Origin: Candidatus Poribacteria bacterium
Lineage (GTDB): Bacteria; Poribacteria; WGA-4E; PCPOR2b
DNA length: 64,000 nt
Assembly: GCA_965198175.1 (NCBI GenBank)
Contig: OZ240245.1
Span: 1,984,001-2,048,000, forward strand
Reading direction: 5' to 3'
The notes below the pieces were generated by a model. That model saw nothing but the letters and a program-made list of their open reading frames with translations. It did no database searches and was not told where the DNA came from. The first letter of the stretch is position 1, and every line of letters starts with the position of its first letter. The translations under genes and the position numbers were made by a program. This document shows, piece by piece, positions 58,745 to 64,000 of this stretch.

Positions 58745-60385
58745 ATGAAAGGTATTGACGCAGTTGCAAAAGTATTGAAAATTGAAGGTGTTGAATATCT
58801 GTTCTGTTTTCCAGCGAACACACTCATTGACGCTTCAGCGAAGATTGGAATTCGACCGATTATGGCGCGCACCGAGCGAACCCTGATCAACATGGCAGAC
58901 GGTTTCAGCCGTATCTCCAACGGTGAACGCATCGGCGTTGCCGTGGTACAACGTGGACCTGGAAGCGAGAATGCCTTCGGCGGCGTGGCGCAAGCGTTCT
59001 CGGATTCTGTTCCCATTCTGGTGCTGCCCGGCGGTCTTAATCGTCGGAGCCTCGGCATTCCCACCAATTTTGAGGCGGTCAATAATTACGCTGGCGTCAC
59101 CAAGTGGGTCGCCCAGATTAATCTTGCGGAGCGCATTCCGGAAATGATGAGACGAGCGTTCAGTTTGCTACGAATGGGACACCCAGGGCCTGTAATGCTT
59201 GAAACGCTTCAGGATGTTGAGGATGAAGAAATTGACGAAAATTTTGTCTATACACCGCCCAAGTCTGTCAAGCCTGCTGGAGATCCACAGGAGGTCGAAG
59301 CATCCGTCAAAGCTCTTCTTGCCGCGGAACATCCGATGCTGCATGTCGGGCAGGGCGCCCTTTACGCAGACGCAACAGAAGAGTTGATTGAGTTTGCTGA
59401 GTTGCTGCAAGTTCCCGTGATGACAACGATGGCAGGAAAGAGTGTGTTTCCCGAAAATCATCCCTTGTCGATTGGATCGAGTGGCTACAGCGGCACAGGA
59501 ATGGTCAAGCACTTCCTGAGTAAGGCAGATCTCGTTTTTGGGATTGGGTGTAGTTTTTCAAAGTCTATTATGGCGACTCCGATTCCGAGCGGCAAAGTGC
59601 TCATCCAGAACTCAATTGATGAACTCGACATCAACAAAGATTACGCCGTCGACCACGCCATTCTCGGCGATTCGAGGATCGTCTTGAAGCAACTGATTGA
59701 TGAGGCAAAAAAACAACTAGGAGACGAGGGACAGCGGGAAGGAAAGACTGTGGTAGATGAGATTAAAACGGTGAAGGCGAATTGGTTGTCAGAGTGGATG
59801 CCGAAGCTAACGTCGGACGAAATTCCAATCAATCCGTATCGCGTCATCTGGGACTTGATGGACGCTGTCGATAGAACACAAACAATCGCCACGCATGACT
59901 CCGGAAATCCACGAGATCAGATGCTCCCCTTCTACGAGGCGATTACCCCACGCAGCTACATTGGTTGGGGTAAATCCACGCAGTTGGGATATGGTCTGGG
60001 GTTAACCATGGGAGCAAAACTAGCGGCTCCCGAAAAACTCGCCCTCAACGTAATGGGAGATGCGGCATTCGGCATGTCTGGGATGGATTTTGAAACCGCC
60101 GTACGGGAGCACATACCCATCCTGACGATTGTCCTTAATAACTCCGCACTCGGTGGTTATGAGAATCATATGCCGGTTGCTACAGAACGCTACGGCACGA
60201 AGTTTCTCTCCGGAGATTATGCGAAGGTCGCGGAAGGCTTAGGTGGCTATAGCGAAAAGGTCGAGAACCCTGCCGATATTATCTCCGCTATCCATCGCTG
60301 CCAAAAAGTGCTTGAAGCTGGAAAACCCGCCCTTCTCGAAATAATTACGCGCGAAGAAGGTAAGGTGTTTTCGAGGGGATTTTAA
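58745..60385 (+). CDS. Thiamine-diphosphate-dependent enzyme (acetolactate synthase-like family)
   Basis: RTER...MADG, GPGSEN, DSVP, TPP motif MGDAAFGM...IVLNN. Confidence 0.9.
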   Translation: MKGIDAVAKVLKIEGVEYLFCFPANTLIDASAKIGIRPIMARTERTLINMADGFSRISNGERIGVAVVQRGPGSENAFGGVAQAFSDSVPILVLPGGLNRRSLGIPTNFEAVNNYAGVTKWVAQINLAERIPEMMRRAFSLLRMGHPGPVMLETLQDVEDEEIDENFVYTPPKSVKPAGDPQEVEASVKALLAAEHPMLHVGQGALYADATEELIEFAELLQVPVMTTMAGKSVFPENHPLSIGSSGYSGTGMVKHFLSKADLVFGIGCSFSKSIMATPIPSGKVLIQNSIDELDINKDYAVDHAILGDSRIVLKQLIDEAKKQLGDEGQREGKTVVDEIKTVKANWLSEWMPKLTSDEIPINPYRVIWDLMDAVDRTQTIATHDSGNPRDQMLPFYEAITPRSYIGWGKSTQLGYGLGLTMGAKLAAPEKLALNVMGDAAFGMSGMDFETAVREHIPILTIVLNNSALGGYENHMPVATERYGTKFLSGDYAKVAEGLGGYSEKVENPADIISAIHRCQKVLEAGKPALLEIITREEGKVFSRGF

Positions 60386-60472
60386 TGCCCAATGGTGCTA
60401 GCACATCTTGCGCCCAAATCATGAAGAATTCTGGATTACCGTTTTTCGTCTTTGGTTGACGCACACCCTGAA

Positions 60473-61204
60473 ATGACTATCTTACCTTCCAACGTTGCAC
60501 CCCAGACGAGTCAGCCATCGGCACTCGTGCGGCTAGATTGCTTGAGCAAAGTCTATACAGAAGGCAATCAACGCCGAACAGTCATAGATGAACTGAGCGG
60601 AGGATTATACGAAGGCGAGTTTGTCTGTCTGCTAGGTAAATCTGGCAGCGGGAAAAGCACACTACTCAATCTAATCTCTGGTATTGATACACCTAGCAGC
60701 GGACACGTGTACATTCGAAAGGACGATCAGGAAATTGCCATCACGGGACTGAACGATTATCAACGAACCCGCTTCCGCCGTTGCTATATCGGCATCGTTT
60801 TCCAGTTTTTTAACCTCATTCCAACGCTCACCACCCTTGAAAATGTCAAATTACCACTAGAACTTGCCGGCATTGCAAGCGTGAGCGAACTCTCCCGTGC
60901 GCGTGTACTGCTTGAGCAAGTTGGACTAGGAGATCGCCTCAACACCTATCCAGACAAGTTGAGCGGCGGGGAGCAACAACGGGTTGCCATTGCGCGTGCA
61001 CTCGTTCATAATCCTCTGCTGCTGTTAGCCGATGAGCCAACGGGTAATCTAGACGCGGAAACCAGCGAGATTGTCCTATCGCTATTGCTAGAGATGAACA
61101 GCAACGCTGGTAAGATGCTGTTAATGGCAACTCATGCGCCGGAATTAGCTCGCCGTGCGGACCGGGTTTTGAATATTCAAGATGGAAAGCTAGTCAGCGA
61201 TTAA
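60473..61204 (+). CDS. ABC transporter ATP-binding protein (LolD/MacB type)
   Basis: [43 protein letters not shown]. Confidence 0.95.
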   Translation: MTILPSNVAPQTSQPSALVRLDCLSKVYTEGNQRRTVIDELSGGLYEGEFVCLLGKSGSGKSTLLNLISGIDTPSSGHVYIRKDDQEIAITGLNDYQRTRFRRCYIGIVFQFFNLIPTLTTLENVKLPLELAGIASVSELSRARVLLEQVGLGDRLNTYPDKLSGGEQQRVAIARALVHNPLLLLADEPTGNLDAETSEIVLSLLLEMNSNAGKMLLMATHAPELARRADRVLNIQDGKLVSD

Positions 61205-61337
61205 AATGTGGAGAATACCTCACCCAAATCTCTGAATGAACGAACACATGGCGGAGCTAGGGCAGGAGAGGTTAGGAACAAGCAATGAACACGAGAAAAA
61301 GGGAACTGCCCCCATCGTATTTCCCACATGTTGACTG

Positions 61338-64000
61338 ATGGTTATCCACAGAAAGAGAAGCGGTATTGGCATTGTTCACACCTTATTGCGCTTGGCTTTG
61401 GGACACGCTTGGCGTCGCCCTCTTCAGAGTGCTTTCCTCATCATCGGGGTGGCATTGGGGGTAGGGATTATCGTTGCAATGGACCTCGCCAACAACGCTG
61501 CCAATCGTGCTTTCGCCCTGAGCACAGAAGCTGTGGTCGGTAAAGCCACACATCAGATTGTTGGAGGTCCTACCGGACTGGATGAGGGTGTTTATGTTGC
61601 TTTGCGACACCAGTCGGGTTATCGACTCAGTGCACCGGTTGTGGCAGATTATGTCGCTGTCGGAGAACTGGATGCTCAACCGATGCAACTGTTTGGGGTG
61701 GACAGCTTCGCCGAATCTCCTTTTCGAAGTTATCTGGGCGATAAGAATACCAGCTTTGGAGACACTAGAACACTCAGGGCTTTTTTAACTCAGCCGCGAA
61801 CCGTTTTGATGAGCGCCGATATCGCCCGTCGCTACAACTTGACTATTGGCGATCAACTTCATGTGCAGGTGGGAAGTCGAAATTATGCGCTGGAGATTGT
61901 CGGTCTGCTATGTCCAGAGGACAAACGAAGTCGGCGTGCGCTAGAAGGTCTGCTAATCGCCGACATCGCGACCGCCCAAGAGGTTCTAGGCAAGATTGGT
62001 AGGCTGGATCGAATTGATCTAATTGTCCCGGATGGCAAAGCTGGCACCGCAATTCTCAAACACATCGCCGCAATCTTGCCGCCCGGCGCCCGTATCGAAA
62101 GACCTGATGCCCGCAGTGAGGTGGTGGCGGAAATGACCTCCGCATTCCAACTTAACCTCACTGCTCTCAGTCTGCTAGCACTGCTAGTTGGCGTGTTCCT
62201 GATTTATAATACCGTCGCTTTCAGTGTGGTGCAGCGACGCCCTGTACTGGGCAGTCTACGCGCTTTGGGCATGACCCGCGGTGAGATTTTCACGATTGTT
62301 CTGATTGAGGCGGGGGTTCTTAGCATCATCGGAACGTTAATCGGTCTCGGATTAGGGATACTTTTGAGTCGTAGTGCTGTACAACTAGTAACGCAGACGC
62401 TCAACGACATCTTTTTTGTGGTCACTGTACGTCAGATTAACGTCCCGCTACACACCTTGTTCAAAGGTGTTGTCAGTGGTTTAGCAGCGGCGCTAACGGC
62501 GGCGATGCTGCCAGCCTACGAAGCCACCTGTGTCCCTCCCGCTGGGGCTTTTCAGCGCAGCAATATTGAAGAACGCACTTATGCTATTCTACCTTGGGTC
62601 AGCGGGGCTGGCGTAGGCGTGCTACTGTTAGGCGCAATCCTGCTCCTTCCAGAATGGCATCTAAGCATCACTTTTGCCGGGGTTTTTGCCATAATCATCG
62701 GCATCGCTCTGCTCACACCCGCAATGACCTTGCGACTGATGCGGGTCATCGAATTCGTAAACAACGCGATTATTTCGATACGACTTCGCCACTCTACCCA
62801 AACCACAACCCCTTGTATTGCTTTACCGGGTGCACATCGGCGTGAAGCCGATCGACTCAATCCGAGCCGCAATACACAATACGTCAGATTCAACCCCGCA
62901 CACGTTTCACATTTCACGCTCCATGCCTTGGCACGTATGGCAATCCGGGACATCACACGCTCGCTAAGCCGCACCTCCGTCGCCATTGGTGCTTTGATGG
63001 TCGCGGTTAGCGCAATTATTGGTGTCAGCTTGATGATAAGCAGCTTCCGCCTGACAGTCGAGCGGTGGCTAACAGACCTCCTACAAGCTGACATTTTTGT
63101 TTCCCCTCCGACTTTAGGCAGCACGACAGCGTCGCTCGATCAAGCGGTTGTAACCAAACTGACATCATTCCCGGGTGTCGCCCAAGTTGCCACTAGTCGC
63201 GTGGTGGATGTACACGCAGGTGAACTAGGTGTAATCCAACTGGTTTCAGTTAACATGGATATTGCTGGCGCTCAACGACACTACAAAGCCGCTGTGGGAA
63301 ATCACGCCGCCACATGGCAAGCGATGGAAGCCGGTGGGCTGATTGTTAACGAACGGATGGCGAATCGGTTCGATCTGGATGTGGGAGATCGGATTGCACT
63401 GTTCACGAATTACGGTAAACAGCAACTTCCAGTTGTGGCTATCGACTTTGACTTTAATGTCCAACTTCGCGCGTTGATCTACGACCCCATCTATCGCAAG
63501 TTCTGGGACGATCCCAATTTGTCATCTGCGGCACTCTTTGTTGAACCTGATGTCGATGTAGACGCCAAAATCGATGCCCTGCGAAAGACATTTGCGGGCA
63601 GCTTCGAATTGACGATCCAATCTAACCGGGGGCTTCGAGCGAACAGCCTTGCTATTTTCGATCGCGCTTTCAGCACCACGGTTGCGCTACAAATGCTTGC
63701 GACGGTGGTGGCATTTATTGGTGTACTCAGTACGCTGATGAGCCTGCAACTCGAACGCCACCGGGAAATTGGCACATTGCGAGCAATCGGGATGACACGC
63801 CAACAGTTGTGGAAACTGACATTCCTCGAAACAGGACTCATCGGAGGCAGCGCGGGGCTGATTGCTATACCGACGGGGATTCTCCTGTCCGCGATTCTCA
63901 TCTATATTATTAACCTCCGCTCGTTTGGCTGGACGCTACAGATGCAACTTCAGGCGGTTCATTTCCTTCAAGCGTTTATCATTGCACTCGCTGCCGCGCT
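61338..64000 (+). CDS. ABC transporter permease, duplicated MacB/FtsX type, partial (runs off right edge)
   Basis: Hand translation from ATG 61338 (spot-checked in one frame at start, middle and end): WRRPLQ...GVALGV...[43 protein letters not shown]. Follows the ATPase gene. Confidence 0.9.
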   Translation, partial: MVIHRKRSGIGIVHTLLRLALGHAWRRPLQSAFLIIGVALGVGIIVAMDLANNAANRAFALSTEAVVGKATHQIVGGPTGLDEGVYVALRHQSGYRLSAPVVADYVAVGELDAQPMQLFGVDSFAESPFRSYLGDKNTSFGDTRTLRAFLTQPRTVLMSADIARRYNLTIGDQLHVQVGSRNYALEIVGLLCPEDKRSRRALEGLLIADIATAQEVLGKIGRLDRIDLIVPDGKAGTAILKHIAAILPPGARIERPDARSEVVAEMTSAFQLNLTALSLLALLVGVFLIYNTVAFSVVQRRPVLGSLRALGMTRGEIFTIVLIEAGVLSIIGTLIGLGLGILLSRSAVQLVTQTLNDIFFVVTVRQINVPLHTLFKGVVSGLAAALTAAMLPAYEATCVPPAGAFQRSNIEERTYAILPWVSGAGVGVLLLGAILLLPEWHLSITFAGVFAIIIGIALLTPAMTLRLMRVIEFVNNAIISIRLRHSTQTTTPCIALPGAHRREADRLNPSRNTQYVRFNPAHVSHFTLHALARMAIRDITRSLSRTSVAIGALMVAVSAIIGVSLMISSFRLTVERWLTDLLQADIFVSPPTLGSTTASLDQAVVTKLTSFPGVAQVATSRVVDVHAGELGVIQLVSVNMDIAGAQRHYKAAVGNHAATWQAMEAGGLIVNERMANRFDLDVGDRIALFTNYGKQQLPVVAIDFDFNVQLRALIYDPIYRKFWDDPNLSSAALFVEPDVDVDAKIDALRKTFAGSFELTIQSNRGLRANSLAIFDRAFSTTVALQMLATVVAFIGVLSTLMSLQLERHREIGTLRAIGMTRQQLWKLTFLETGLIGGSAGLIAIPTGILLSAILIYIINLRSFGWTLQMQLQAVHFLQAFIIALAAA

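Noticed and set aside
61342..61350. Perfect DnaA box TTATCCACA
   Set aside because: Single copy inside the permease 5' end with no cluster or unwinding element; not evidence for oriC
87..63901. Numerous short ORFs in the track overlapping recognised genes
   Set aside because: Antisense or alternate-frame shadows without recognisable motifs; only the 9910-10600 overlap shows protein-like signal in both frames

Overview
Gene-dense bacterial chromosomal segment of roughly 50% GC. The lineage is probably diderm and non-actinobacterial (LolA, lipoproteins). It may be Poribacteria-like given the DUF6785-type membrane protein, TM-vWA protein and GTAG-REP elements, but this is inference only. Housekeeping genes are purD, ftsY, two cyclophilins, leuCD, ppdK, lolA-pgsA-thpR-recA, ftsB, map, miaB and era. 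The window also holds a complete Pup-proteasome operon (arc-dop-pup-prcB-prcA-pafA), a NfeD plus two-flotillin operon, an AtuA-type pair, a three-subunit xanthine-dehydrogenase-family enzyme with a MoaD-like protein, and catabolic and ABC transport genes. There are two putative defence loci. One is a 1633-aa SF1 helicase/PD-(D/E)xK nuclease whose C-terminus runs into an apparently captured, dual-coding fragment of a Strawberry-notch-type giant gene. The other is a coupled RM-fusion/S-subunit/ABC-ATPase/PIN operon. The ORF track misses a selenocysteine peroxiredoxin (in-frame TGA plus hairpin), a partial vWA gene at the left edge and a partial ABC permease at the right edge, and it shows a frameshifted LivK-like pseudogene only as fragments. 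Other oddities are a RelA zinc-finger (RIS)-DUF2250 fusion and a degenerate DnaA paralogue. No rRNA, tRNA or CRISPR array was recognised. All family assignments come from motif recognition by eye; no searches were run.
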